From Candidatus Babeliales bacterium (lineage in GTDB: Bacteria > Babelota > Babeliae > Babelales > JACPOV01), in NCBI GenBank assembly GCA_050250855.1, contig JBFWNW010000002.1:32001-96000 (forward strand): a stretch of DNA of 64,000 nt, read 5' to 3'. A program made the position numbers and the translations under genes. Each line of letters starts with the position of its first letter. Within the stretch, counting starts at the first letter, position 1. Below, one piece after another: positions 1 to 10,301 of this stretch. The notes under the pieces were generated by a model. That model had not been told where the DNA came from. It saw only the letters and a program-made list of their open reading frames with translations, and made no database searches.

Positions 1-752
1 AGAGCTACTGTTTTTGATTCTAAATCTTTTTGTACATAAAAATCATTTTTTGGCAACTCAGGCAATGGTTTTAAAGAACCAAAATTAAGCTCTGCTAATG
101 CAAACAGCTCATCAATATCCACATCACCTACAACAACAAGCGTAGCATTATTAGGGCCATAGTGCGTTTTGTAAAAATTAATTAACGATTCACGTGATAA
201 GTTCCATAAATCTTGTTTATAACCAATTACTGGATAATGATATGGATGATCGGGAAATGCTGCTGTGATTAATTTAAGCGTTAAATCTTGTAAGTAATGA
301 TCCTTATACATTTTAAGCTCTTGAATTACCACTTTTAATTCAGCATTCAACTTATCTTCATTAAAGGTACAGTTGCTCATACAATCTGCCATAATGGGAA
401 GAAATTCTTTCCAATAAGCTTTAGGAGTATTGAAATAAAAGTGTGTATAATCAAAACTTGTTGCAGCATTCATGAAGCCAGAAACTTTATTGACTATCAT
501 GGGCAGGTCTGCTTCAGATAATTTTTCTGTACCACCAAAAATCATATGCTCAATTAAATGAGCTAATCCTTTTTCATGCGCTTGTTCATGCTTTGAACCA
601 ACGTTATACCACATTTGCAAGGAAACTTTATCTGATGTTTTGACTGGTCGCACCAAAATGGTAAGGCCATTATCTAAAACTTTTTTGAAAACATGCGGCT
701 CTGCATAGAGCTGAAATGCTATACAAGAAAATAATAATAAAAACTTTTTCAT
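1..752 (-). CDS. M16 family zinc peptidase (PqqL/pitrilysin-like) with N-terminal signal peptide; runs off the window at its 3' end
   Basis: Not in the ORF track. Manual translation from ATG 752: MKKFLLLFSCIAFQLYAEPHVFKKVLDNGLTILVRP...KGLAHLIEHMIFGG...PDHPYHYPVIGYKQDLW. HxxEH motif present; clear paralog of 1191..3821. Confidence 0.9.
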   Translation of the reverse strand, partial: MKKFLLLFSCIAFQLYAEPHVFKKVLDNGLTILVRPVKTSDKVSLQMWYNVGSKHEQAHEKGLAHLIEHMIFGGTEKLSEADLPMIVNKVSGFMNAATSFDYTHFYFNTPKAYWKEFLPIMADCMSNCTFNEDKLNAELKVVIQELKMYKDHYLQDLTLKLITAAFPDHPYHYPVIGYKQDLWNLSRESLINFYKTHYGPNNATLVVVGDVDIDELFALAELNFGSLKPLPELPKNDFYVQKDLESKTVA

Positions 753-753
753 C

Positions 754-1161
754 TTAAACCTCAACCGTTTCTATTGTTAACTCATCACCATCAAAACTTA
801 TAGTATAGCTACCAGGAATAATTTCAAAATCTTGCATAGGACTGAATTGATAACTAATTTTTGTCTCTTGCTGAGTATCTACATCTACACCCCTCAAGTA
901 GCTTAGACCTAGAATAATCTTATTACCCCAATAAGATATTCCATTGTGTTGGAAAGAAGAAATAATTTCTGCATATTCTTGAGAATCTAATTTTTTTTCT
1001 ACTTTTATCCACTGCTCATTATTCAAATCTATCTTTGAGATAATGATACAATATATAATTTTGTTAGTAGCATTGTGTAAATACAGAGGACCAATTTGAA
1101 CGTTGCCATACAATGAAAAAATTGAACTCAATGCAATAGCAAACTTTATTATCTTAAACAT
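754..1161 (-). CDS. Hypothetical exported protein
   Basis: 135 aa ORF, GGAGG SD upstream, N-terminus MFKIIKFAIALSSIFSLYG; fits between the two M16 genes. Confidence 0.7.
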   Translation of the reverse strand: MFKIIKFAIALSSIFSLYGNVQIGPLYLHNATNKIIYCIIISKIDLNNEQWIKVEKKLDSQEYAEIISSFQHNGISYWGNKIILGLSYLRGVDVDTQQETKISYQFSPMQDFEIIPGSYTISFDGDELTIETVEV

Positions 1162-1190
1162 AAGAAAAAACCTCCATTAAATAATCAAAA

Positions 1191-3821
1191 CTATACACGT
1201 CCTACTTTTATTTTTATCAACTTAGTTATATCCAATACTCGTTTTACCGCTGGCAATATAACATCTGCTGGCACTTCGCTTAATTGGCGAGCGCGATGAT
1301 CAAAATAATCTTCAGGTAAATTAAATCGCTCCATAAAAAGCATAGTAGCCGCAATATTGCTATTATTTGCAAAATTATCAATTAAGGTATTTGCAATAGC
1401 ATTCTTTGCTTCTTCAAGCTCATATTCATTAATATACAATGGTGATTCTTGAATAGTTTTTTCTAATGCTTCTTGTGCTTCTTTTAAACGATCAAGAGAT
1501 ACAATAGTTTTGATAAAAACCATACCTGGCTGTTCATCTGCTTGAGAAAGCAATGAACCACCAATAGTATAAAAAAGGCCCGATTGTTCACGCAGAGCAA
1601 AAAGACGAGAACTCATAGAACCTAATATGCTTCCCGCAAAAATCTGGTCAAAAAGCATAATTTTATCAAAATCTTTATCTAAGCGAGAAATCGATTGTCC
1701 TGCATAAGCAAGCACTACTTGGTCTCTATTAATTGTGTAATCAATAGTATGTGGCTTTAAAGGAACTAATGCTGGATATTCTACCGGTTTTATAACAGGT
1801 CCTTGCCATGATCCAAGCATTTTTTCTAAAATCTTTGGAACATCATAATCACGCAGATCACCTGAAATAGAAAGAATAGCATCATACGGACTGATGTAAT
1901 CATGATACGCTTTGAGAATATCTTCACGCGTAATTGCTTTAATAGATTGTGCATCGCCATATACTTTTTTACTATACGGATGCCCTTTATAAATTTCTTC
2001 GCGAGCTAGTTGCGCAATAAACGCACTTGGATTATCCCAATAATTTTTAAGCTCTACTAAAATCTGCTCACGAACCTTTTCTAAATGTTTTTGTTCAAAC
2101 GTAGCTTGCGTTAAAACCTCTAGCAACAGTTCAAGACCCATTTGAAAATCTTGAGAAAGCATGCTCATGGTAACACGCCCTGGTGTAACACTCATGCTCA
2201 TACCGCGAGATTCAATTGCTTGTGCAAGTTGTGCTGCAGTATAATTTTTAGTTCCTTCAAGCATCATAGCGGCCATAAAAGCATTTAATCCTTGTAAATG
2301 CTCAGGATCATAGTAATGTTTTGCCTTCATGCTTAAAGTAAGCTCAATCATGGGAACATTAGCATTTGAGTAGTAAACAACCTTCAAGCCGTTTGCAAGT
2401 TTTGTTTTTTGTGCGCGAGGAAATTTAAAATCTTTTGGTTTAAGTACTTCAATAGTATGAACATGATTACCTTCTTCAACCGGTATTTCACGCTGCACTT
2501 GGCCTAAAATTTTTGCATCAAGTTCATCAGATTTTTCCTGCAATGCTTGCCAACGATCTTTATCTTTTTGCTCTAGAGGCAATACAAAACCTTTATGCAT
2601 AACTGAAGGATGGCAATACTCTTTGAGCAAACCAACGAGCGTTGATTCTACTTTATCTTCTGGAAAGTTAAGATAGTTAAAGAGAAAATTTTCATCGCCT
2701 GTTGCTAAATACGATTGGCCAATTACGTACGCTTGTTTTTGATTGTCTTCTAATAAATCAAGATATTGTGCTTCTGCTTGTTTGCGCGCACGAACAAGTT
2801 CTTCAGGTTTTAGGCCATTATCAATAATTGATTGAATCTCTTTTTGAATAAGCTTAACAATAGTATCAATATCTTCTACCCGTTTTGGCTGAAAATAAAT
2901 AAAGAATGGCGAAACATCAAAAAGATCATAATTAAACGCTTCAACATTCGTCACCAATTGCAACTCATCAACAAGTAAATGATGCAAGCGAGAGCCTTTA
3001 CCTTGCGCTAAAACCCATGATAAAACATCAAGAACATAATCATTCTTTGCACGAGCACCTGGCAATACCCAAGAAAGAAGCACGATCGGTTGTTGTACAT
3101 CGCGATATAAGGTAACCGTTTTGGCAATAAGATCTGGATTATAATAATAGTCTTCCTTAGCATAATCATTATTGCGCTCAAGAGAACCAAAATATTTTTC
3201 TGCTAAAGCAAAAACATCTTCAGAATTAACGTCACCAACAACAACTAAGGTAGCATTGTTAGGCACATAATGCTTTTGGTAAAAATTAATAAGATTGTCT
3301 CGCTTTAAGCTCCACAAATCTTGCTTAAAGCCAATAATAGGAAAATGGTAAGGATGATCAGGAAATATAGTAGAAATCATTTCTTCAGTTAAGCTAGAGC
3401 CGTAATTATCTTTATACATTTTAAGCTCTTGAATAACCGCCTTCATTTCTGAAGCTAAAAGCTCTTCTTTAAAAGTACAATTGCGCATACAATCTGCCAT
3501 AATAGGCAACGCTTCTTGCCAATGGTGGGAAGGAAAATCAAAAAGGTAGCCAGTATAATCGTATGAAGTGAAGGCGTTGCAGTACCCTGACAACTTATGA
3601 GTTATCATATTAATATCTGACTCGGTAAGGGTCGCCGTTCCCTTAAAAATCATATGCTCAATCAGGTGAGCTATGCCTTTTTCATTGCTTTTTTCGTCTT
3701 TTGAACCTACGTTATACCAAAGCTGGACAGATACCTTAGGGACAATATGATTCGGGCGAACCAATACGGTCAAACCATTTTTTAGTACTTTTTTAAACAC
3801 TTTATGCTCAGAATTTTTCAT
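1191..3821 (-). CDS. M16 family zinc peptidase, two-module, no signal peptide
   Basis: GIAHLIEHMIFKGT (HxxEH); second module begins near KLANGLKVV and lacks HxxEH. Start moved to ATG 3821 (GGAG SD); track start is 3869. Confidence 0.92.
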   Translation of the reverse strand: MKNSEHKVFKKVLKNGLTVLVRPNHIVPKVSVQLWYNVGSKDEKSNEKGIAHLIEHMIFKGTATLTESDINMITHKLSGYCNAFTSYDYTGYLFDFPSHHWQEALPIMADCMRNCTFKEELLASEMKAVIQELKMYKDNYGSSLTEEMISTIFPDHPYHFPIIGFKQDLWSLKRDNLINFYQKHYVPNNATLVVVGDVNSEDVFALAEKYFGSLERNNDYAKEDYYYNPDLIAKTVTLYRDVQQPIVLLSWVLPGARAKNDYVLDVLSWVLAQGKGSRLHHLLVDELQLVTNVEAFNYDLFDVSPFFIYFQPKRVEDIDTIVKLIQKEIQSIIDNGLKPEELVRARKQAEAQYLDLLEDNQKQAYVIGQSYLATGDENFLFNYLNFPEDKVESTLVGLLKEYCHPSVMHKGFVLPLEQKDKDRWQALQEKSDELDAKILGQVQREIPVEEGNHVHTIEVLKPKDFKFPRAQKTKLANGLKVVYYSNANVPMIELTLSMKAKHYYDPEHLQGLNAFMAAMMLEGTKNYTAAQLAQAIESRGMSMSVTPGRVTMSMLSQDFQMGLELLLEVLTQATFEQKHLEKVREQILVELKNYWDNPSAFIAQLAREEIYKGHPYSKKVYGDAQSIKAITREDILKAYHDYISPYDAILSISGDLRDYDVPKILEKMLGSWQGPVIKPVEYPALVPLKPHTIDYTINRDQVVLAYAGQSISRLDKDFDKIMLFDQIFAGSILGSMSSRLFALREQSGLFYTIGGSLLSQADEQPGMVFIKTIVSLDRLKEAQEALEKTIQESPLYINEYELEEAKNAIANTLIDNFANNSNIAATMLFMERFNLPEDYFDHRARQLSEVPADVILPAVKRVLDITKLIKIKVGRV

Positions 3822-4009
3822 TAAAAGCTCCATAAATTCAGTATTTTTGATATTTTTTAAGAATACCATACTTAATCAAAAAGAGCAAAAGAGAAATTTT
3901 CTATTCGAAAATAACAAACATTCATTTCAATATGAAAAATTTGACCTGATTTGACAACAAACATGCATAAAGAGAGGGTTTTAACCCAAGTCGAAGTATA
4001 AAATAAGCC

Positions 4010-4747
4010 TTAAAGCAGATCTTCCATACATTGCTCAATGAAAGTTCTTACTTGCCTCATAATATGAGCTCTGGCATCAACATTATGCAGAAAGTCCAGA
4101 TTTCCATCAAGAATCAGTAATGGACGATCAAGAAGCCATTGATCATCTATATCTTCTTTATCAATCAACCATTTTTCATGGAAGTAATATTCTTGCATAT
4201 AATAATCAAGTAGAGCTTCTTGTTCTTCTGATCTATTCCTTTTTTTAATACGCATATAGCAAACATCTGGTGTTGTGCGCAAGTAAATAAATGCTGAAGG
4301 TTTCATACTTGTGCGGGCTTGTGCATAATCAAACCACTCACTATACAAATGCCATTCTAGAGGACTAAAAATTTTCCCTTGATGTAACATTTTTCCAAAA
4401 ACATAGTAGGTAGAAAAAATAGAACGATCACCAATAAGAATATTTTTATCTGTTTCTTGCGCTACTTGAAATGCTACCTGATCTTGTAATACAAATGCAT
4501 AGGTCTGGAACGTATAGGTCCAGCGTTTATTATCTTGATAATAAAGCTCTAATAGATTTCCTTTACCGCCAACATCTTGCACTTTATCAACCGGTTCATA
4601 CACCACTTGCACTAAATCTGATAAATCTTCCTGAATTAATTTAAGTAATGTAGACTTCCCTGCACCCGTTGTTCCTTCTAATGTAATAAGAATTTTTGGA
4701 CAAGCTGCTGAATGGACAAAAAAGAATAATAATAATATTTTTTTCAT
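4010..4747 (-). CDS. Deoxynucleoside kinase (dCK/dGK family) with hydrophobic N-terminal leader
   Basis: P-loop EGTTGAGKST, YEPV, RWTYTFQ, DRS, YLRTTPDVCYMRIKKRNR, HEKWL. Start at 4747 after AAGGA. Confidence 0.9.
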   Translation of the reverse strand: MKKILLLFFFVHSAACPKILITLEGTTGAGKSTLLKLIQEDLSDLVQVVYEPVDKVQDVGGKGNLLELYYQDNKRWTYTFQTYAFVLQDQVAFQVAQETDKNILIGDRSIFSTYYVFGKMLHQGKIFSPLEWHLYSEWFDYAQARTSMKPSAFIYLRTTPDVCYMRIKKRNRSEEQEALLDYYMQEYYFHEKWLIDKEDIDDQWLLDRPLLILDGNLDFLHNVDARAHIMRQVRTFIEQCMEDLL

Positions 4748-4877
4748 AAGATCCTTTTTATTGTTATACATGAGCACTAGTAAAAGTAATTATTTTGAAC
4801 TAGAGTAAAATAAATTTCACAAAAGGATACGGAATGAGCCAGAAAAGTCAAATTTAAACATCAAAAAATATAAAAAT

Positions 4878-6254
4878 ATGAGTAGTAAAAATAGTTCATA
4901 TAGCCACTGGGTCAAAAAAAATAGTTATTATCACCATTACATTCTTTCTTTGTATCGCTCATTAATTCCTGCACATCAAACAGTATTGCAGGTAGGCTGT
5001 AAAAACGGTTTTGTTGTAAAAAATATTAAAGCCGCTCAAGCAGTTGGCATAGAATCTGATAGTAAAGCATTACAAGAAGCTTTGGACACTATTTCTCATC
5101 ATGCTTTTTATAGTTCATTAGAGCAAGTTCCGGTACAAACTTTTGATTATATTATTCTTTCATCATCAACACATGAAACAGATGATGTTCAAAATCTTTT
5201 GCAACAGCTGCAGCCTTATTGCTCACAAAAAACACGCATTATTGTAGATTTTTATTCATTCTTATGGGAACCAACCTTGCGGGTCTTACAAAAATTGGGT
5301 TTCAGAAGACCAACGCCACTTAAAAATTGGCTTTCTTTTTATGATATAAAAAATTTTTTATATCTTGCTGGCTTTGAAGTTATTACCCACCAGCGCAAAA
5401 TGCTTATACCTTGTTATATTCCTTTAATTTCATGGGTTTTTAATAGTTTTATTGCCAATATTCCTTTAATAAATCGGCTTTGCTTAATGGAATTTATTGT
5501 CGCTCGACCTCTTGTCCCCAAAAAAGAACCTGCTTTATTTAAAGCTTCTGTCATTATTCCCTGCCGTAATGAAAAAGGAAATATTGAACCTGCCGTACTC
5601 CGCTGCCCTTTAATGGGAAAAGAAACAGAAATTATTTTTGTTGAAGGCAATTCCAAAGATGGCACCGTTGAAGAAATTGAGCGTATTATAAAAAAATATC
5701 CTGAAAAAACTATTAAATTCTTAAAACAAGATGGTAAAGGAAAAGGGGATGCCGTACGTAAAGGCTTTGAGCATGCAACAGGTGATATTTTAATGATTCA
5801 AGATGCAGATCTTACTGCACCACCAGAAGAGCTACCAAAATTTTTCAATGCTTTAATTGAAGGGCAAGGCGAATTTATTAATGGCTCTCGTTTAATTTAT
5901 GGCATGGAAGAAAAAGCAATGCGTTTTTTGAATATGATTGCAAATCATGGCTTTGCCTTAGGATTTAGTTGGCTTTTGGGTCAGCGCGTTAAAGATACGC
6001 TATGCGGCACAAAAGTTTTATTTAAAAAAGATTATGAAAAAATTGCAGCAAATAGACACTATTTTGGTGAATTTGACCCGTTTGGTGATTTTGACCTTCT
6101 TTTTGGTGCAGCAAAACAGAATTTAAAAATTATTGATTTACCAGTACACTACAAACAACGAACCTATGGCTCTACACAAATTAGGCGCTTTTATCATGGC
6201 TTACTTCTTGTTAAGATGAGCATAATAGGCCTGAAAAAATTTAAGCTATATTAA
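4878..6254 (+). CDS. GT2 glycosyltransferase with degenerate N-terminal SAM-methyltransferase-like domain
   Basis: C-half SVIIPCRNE, GKGDAVRKG, QDADL, DTLCGTK; N-half VLQVGCKNG resembles a decayed MTase motif I. Confidence 0.85.
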   Translation: MSSKNSSYSHWVKKNSYYHHYILSLYRSLIPAHQTVLQVGCKNGFVVKNIKAAQAVGIESDSKALQEALDTISHHAFYSSLEQVPVQTFDYIILSSSTHETDDVQNLLQQLQPYCSQKTRIIVDFYSFLWEPTLRVLQKLGFRRPTPLKNWLSFYDIKNFLYLAGFEVITHQRKMLIPCYIPLISWVFNSFIANIPLINRLCLMEFIVARPLVPKKEPALFKASVIIPCRNEKGNIEPAVLRCPLMGKETEIIFVEGNSKDGTVEEIERIIKKYPEKTIKFLKQDGKGKGDAVRKGFEHATGDILMIQDADLTAPPEELPKFFNALIEGQGEFINGSRLIYGMEEKAMRFLNMIANHGFALGFSWLLGQRVKDTLCGTKVLFKKDYEKIAANRHYFGEFDPFGDFDLLFGAAKQNLKIIDLPVHYKQRTYGSTQIRRFYHGLLLVKMSIIGLKKFKLY

Positions 6255-6267
6255 AAAAAGGGTTTTT

Positions 6268-8232
6268 ATGTGCGGCATAGCTGGCTACATCAACTGCTCT
6301 AATCAAAATTTTTCCTTAGATACTAACCTTCTTGAAAATATGCAAAAAAGCTTAAAGCACCGCGGGCCAGATGGCTATCGCATTTGGACTTCAGAAAAAC
6401 ATGAAATTGGTTTAATTCATCGCCGTTTGAGTATTGTTGATCTTTCTGATGCTGGTTTTCAACCTATGTTTGATACAGAAAAAACAATCGCCGTCTGCTG
6501 CAATGGAGAAATTTATAACCACAAAATCTTACGTACCGAGCTTGAAGGCTATGGTTATACCTTTTCATCCCACTCTGATACTGAAGTTATAGTATATGCG
6601 TATAAAAAATGGGGCATTGAATTTATTAATAAGCTTGAAGGTATGTTTGCCATCATTATCTTTGATCTTCCAAAAAATGAGCTGTATCTTGTCAGAGACC
6701 GCATCGGCGTAAAACCTCTTTATTTTTCACTGCAAAATGGCATTTTAAGTTTTGGTTCAGAAATTAAAGCACTATGGCAATTACCATGGAACCAAAAAAA
6801 ATTAAATGAGCGAGCACTCTATCACTACCTGACCTTTCTTGCTACCCCTGCTCCCATGACGTTATATCAAAATGTCTATAAACTCCCACCTAGTTTTTAT
6901 GCAAAACTTGATGCTCAGCGCAACCTTAGTTTTACTGAGTGGTACAATCCTATGCAACAGGCCACAATAATCAATCCTCAAGAGTATAAAAATGAAGCTA
7001 CCTGCATAAAAAATATTCGTTCAATTTTTAAGGATGCTGTTGAAAAACGTCTCATGACAGATGTTCCTTTTGGGGCATTTCTTTCTGGCGGCATTGATTC
7101 AAGTTTAATTGTCGCTTATATGGCACAATTTACTGATAACGTAAAAACTTTTAATGTATCATTTGATGATGGCCCTGAATACAGTGAAATTGGCTGGGCT
7201 CGAAAGGTTGCACGCAAATTTGGCACCGATCATCATGAAATTATTATTTCTGAAAAAGAAGCTTTTAATTTTTTTGAAAAAATGGTTCATTACCAAGACG
7301 AGCCACTTGCCGACTGTGTTTGTATCCCTCTTTATTATGTTTCAAAACTACTCAAAGATGCTGGCGTTACGGTAGCACTGGTAGGAGAAGGTTCTGATGA
7401 GCTTTTTTGCGGCTACACAACCTATGCGCAATATATAAATTTCTACAATCGTTATTGGAAGTATTCTCAAAAATTTGTTCCTGCCTTTGCAAAAAAGAGC
7501 ATGTATCAAGTTATGTCCCAGTTTTTTCCTGAACGCCTTAATCATCTTGATATTATGCGCAATTGGGCGTATAACCGAGAATTTTTTTGGAGTGGCGCAA
7601 CTTCATTTTCAGAACATTGGAAACATAATTTCGTCATAGAAAAAGATTTATCTTTTGATCCTATACTAGATGCTATTTATAAAGGCTTTAAACAAAACTT
7701 TGATAGCTATAGCATTGTTGAATATCATCTTTCTGAACTCAAAAAATACAAACCTAACGCTGATTTTCTTACCTCTATGATTTATCTTGAATTAAAGCAA
7801 AGACTTTCTGAGCTTTTACTGATGCGCGTTGATAAAATGACTATGGCAACTTCCGTAGAAGGCCGTGTCCCTTTCCTTGATAGAACTATGGTTGAATATG
7901 CACTCAATATGCCAAGTCACTATAAATATAAAAATGGCACAACAAAATATATCCTCAAAAAGGCCGCTGAAGGTATCTTGCCGCATGATGTAATCTACCG
8001 CAAAAAAATGGGCTTTGCAGCGCCAACAACACGCTGGTTTAAGCAAGGCAACTATTTTCCAACGTACTTTAAAGATATGCTTGCAAGCAAGCGCACTGAA
8101 TGGAATGAATTTATTGATATAAAAGCAATTGAAAACCTCTATACAAAAAATTTAACCAATAAGTATGAATATTCTTTGCAGTTGTGGACTATACAAAACC
8201 TACTAGCAACAGATATTGGAAATAGTTTATGA
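6268..8232 (+). CDS. asnB: AsnB-family glutamine amidotransferase, probably amidating a glycan sugar
   Basis: MCGIAG, HRGPD, NGEIYN, RDRIGVKPL, LSGGIDSS, GEGSDE, RVPFLD; located within a glycan cluster. Confidence 0.92.
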   Translation: MCGIAGYINCSNQNFSLDTNLLENMQKSLKHRGPDGYRIWTSEKHEIGLIHRRLSIVDLSDAGFQPMFDTEKTIAVCCNGEIYNHKILRTELEGYGYTFSSHSDTEVIVYAYKKWGIEFINKLEGMFAIIIFDLPKNELYLVRDRIGVKPLYFSLQNGILSFGSEIKALWQLPWNQKKLNERALYHYLTFLATPAPMTLYQNVYKLPPSFYAKLDAQRNLSFTEWYNPMQQATIINPQEYKNEATCIKNIRSIFKDAVEKRLMTDVPFGAFLSGGIDSSLIVAYMAQFTDNVKTFNVSFDDGPEYSEIGWARKVARKFGTDHHEIIISEKEAFNFFEKMVHYQDEPLADCVCIPLYYVSKLLKDAGVTVALVGEGSDELFCGYTTYAQYINFYNRYWKYSQKFVPAFAKKSMYQVMSQFFPERLNHLDIMRNWAYNREFFWSGATSFSEHWKHNFVIEKDLSFDPILDAIYKGFKQNFDSYSIVEYHLSELKKYKPNADFLTSMIYLELKQRLSELLLMRVDKMTMATSVEGRVPFLDRTMVEYALNMPSHYKYKNGTTKYILKKAAEGILPHDVIYRKKMGFAAPTTRWFKQGNYFPTYFKDMLASKRTEWNEFIDIKAIENLYTKNLTNKYEYSLQLWTIQNLLATDIGNSL

Positions 8233-9473
8233 AAAAAACAGTACTCTATCTGCGTACTGATATTTTTAATGAAGAACTTATAGCAGGAGGATCAGTAACG
8301 CATACAACCGGTGTTATTGAAGGATTTATGCATAATGGCTATGAGGTGGTATGTGCATCTTCTTTAATACATTCTATCCTTGCAGCGTTACCCATTAAAG
8401 CTCTTTATACATTAAAAAATCCACGAATAGTTAAATTTTTACGCTGGAAAATTAACTGTATCCTTTCAAACTTTTTTTTCACTTTATCAATAGCTTCTAT
8501 TCTCAAAAAACATTCTATTGATTACCTGTATCAACGCTATAGCATTTTAAACTGTTCCGGCATCCTTATAAGTAAACTAAAAAAAATTCCTTTAATCCTT
8601 GAATATAATGGCTCAGAGCTATGGGTTGATAAAAATTGGGGCAAACAAAAATGGTTTAGTTTTAATACTATCACCAGATTGATAGAGCTCTACAACATTA
8701 AAAATGCTCATTATATTATTGTTGTTTCTGAAGTGCTTAAAGATGAACTTATTGCACGTGACGTAAAACAAGAAAAAATTTTAGTAAATCCTAATGGTGT
8801 CAATACAGATAGCTATGATCCTGCAAAACTTAGTAATGAACGTACAGAAATACGAAGAAATCTCCATATAGAGGAAAAATTTGTTTTTGGTTTTATTGGC
8901 ACTTTTTCCCAATGGCATGGTATCAATATTTTACAAGAAATGATTCCCGAAGTTATCAAGAACTATACAAAAGCTCATTTTTTACTTATTGGTGATGGAC
9001 CACTGAAAAATAATTTAGAAAAAGAACTCAAAGAATATAAAAAATTTATAACATATACAGGAATTTTGCCATCACAAGAAGCACGTGCTTATTTGGCCGC
9101 TTGTGATGCTTTTTTATCACCAACACAACCAAATGCAGATGGCTCTCGCTTCTTTGGCTCCCCAACAAAGCTGTTTGAATATATGAGCATGGCAAAACCA
9201 ATTATTGCTTCTGACTTAGAGCAAATTAAAGATATTATTTATCCTGCATTACGAGTTAATACAACTTCAAATGATGCAAAGAATGACAATCTAGGCATTT
9301 TAGTGGAACCAAAAAATACAAAGGATTTTATAGCCGCCGCAACTATGCTGATTGATAGAAACAAAGAACTCTCCTGCCTAGGATTTAATGCCCGTAATAA
9401 AGCTGTTAAAGAATTTTCTTGGGATCATCATGTAAAAAAAATAGAAAATTTTATACAAAAAAGGACGGTATGA
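8229..9473 (+). CDS. GT4 glycosyltransferase
   Basis: NPNGV, FGFIGTFSQWHG, IGDGP, SPTKLFEYMSMAKPII; ATGA overlap with asnB. Confidence 0.9.
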   Translation: MKKTVLYLRTDIFNEELIAGGSVTHTTGVIEGFMHNGYEVVCASSLIHSILAALPIKALYTLKNPRIVKFLRWKINCILSNFFFTLSIASILKKHSIDYLYQRYSILNCSGILISKLKKIPLILEYNGSELWVDKNWGKQKWFSFNTITRLIELYNIKNAHYIIVVSEVLKDELIARDVKQEKILVNPNGVNTDSYDPAKLSNERTEIRRNLHIEEKFVFGFIGTFSQWHGINILQEMIPEVIKNYTKAHFLLIGDGPLKNNLEKELKEYKKFITYTGILPSQEARAYLAACDAFLSPTQPNADGSRFFGSPTKLFEYMSMAKPIIASDLEQIKDIIYPALRVNTTSNDAKNDNLGILVEPKNTKDFIAAATMLIDRNKELSCLGFNARNKAVKEFSWDHHVKKIENFIQKRTV

Positions 9474-10300
9474 ATTCTATTGAAATTATAAAAAATAAAT
9501 CAAAAGAGACATGGGGATCTAGTCCTGCAGGAACCAGTTTTGCAAAACAATATCAAAAAGGAACAAAGGAATTTTTTGATACTGTTCTAGAAAAAAGATT
9601 CTCTTATGAATGTGACTGGCTTGATGATATTGTTGACTTTAAAAGCTTTAAAAACAAAAAAGTTCTTGAAATAGGATCCGGCGCTGGTTACGACGCCTAT
9701 ATGTTTTGTAAATATGACGCACATTACACGGGCATTGATATAACACCAGATAATCCTATTATAGCATCTCAACATTTAGGTTATTATGGTTATAAGCCAA
9801 CATTTATTTGTGCAGATGCAGAAAAAATTAACTTTCATGAAGAGTTTGATTATGTATATAGTTTCGGCGTTTTACATCACACGCCAGACATAGAAAAAGC
9901 ATTAAAGAATAGTTATCATGCTCTTAAAAGAGGTGGAGAGGCTCAAATAATTCTGTATCATAAACATTCATTTTTCTATTGGTTTAGCATTATTCTTACT
10001 GAATGGCTTATTAAAAAAAATTATAAAAAAAGAACCCTTGCAGAGCAACGATCTTTAATTGAATATACTGAAAGTAATGAAAAGCCTTTAGTGAATGTTT
10101 ATAGCAAGCGAGAATTCAAAAAAATTATGAAAAATGCAGGCTTTAAAATAGAAGAAATTTATATAAGAAAATTGGTTGCAGAAGATCTTGTAACGGTACG
10201 CTTTCTTGGCAAACTCGCAAAAAAAACACCTCAAAGCATTCTTTCTTTTATAGGAAAATTTTTTGGCTGGTACATATCAATTAGAGCAGTAAAAGAATAA
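9470..10300 (+). CDS. Class I SAM-dependent methyltransferase
   Basis: VLEIGSGAG, FDYVYSFGVLHH; start 9470 (AAGGA SD, ATGA overlap). Confidence 0.88.
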   Translation: MNSIEIIKNKSKETWGSSPAGTSFAKQYQKGTKEFFDTVLEKRFSYECDWLDDIVDFKSFKNKKVLEIGSGAGYDAYMFCKYDAHYTGIDITPDNPIIASQHLGYYGYKPTFICADAEKINFHEEFDYVYSFGVLHHTPDIEKALKNSYHALKRGGEAQIILYHKHSFFYWFSIILTEWLIKKNYKKRTLAEQRSLIEYTESNEKPLVNVYSKREFKKIMKNAGFKIEEIYIRKLVAEDLVTVRFLGKLAKKTPQSILSFIGKFFGWYISIRAVKE

Positions 10301-10301
10301 T

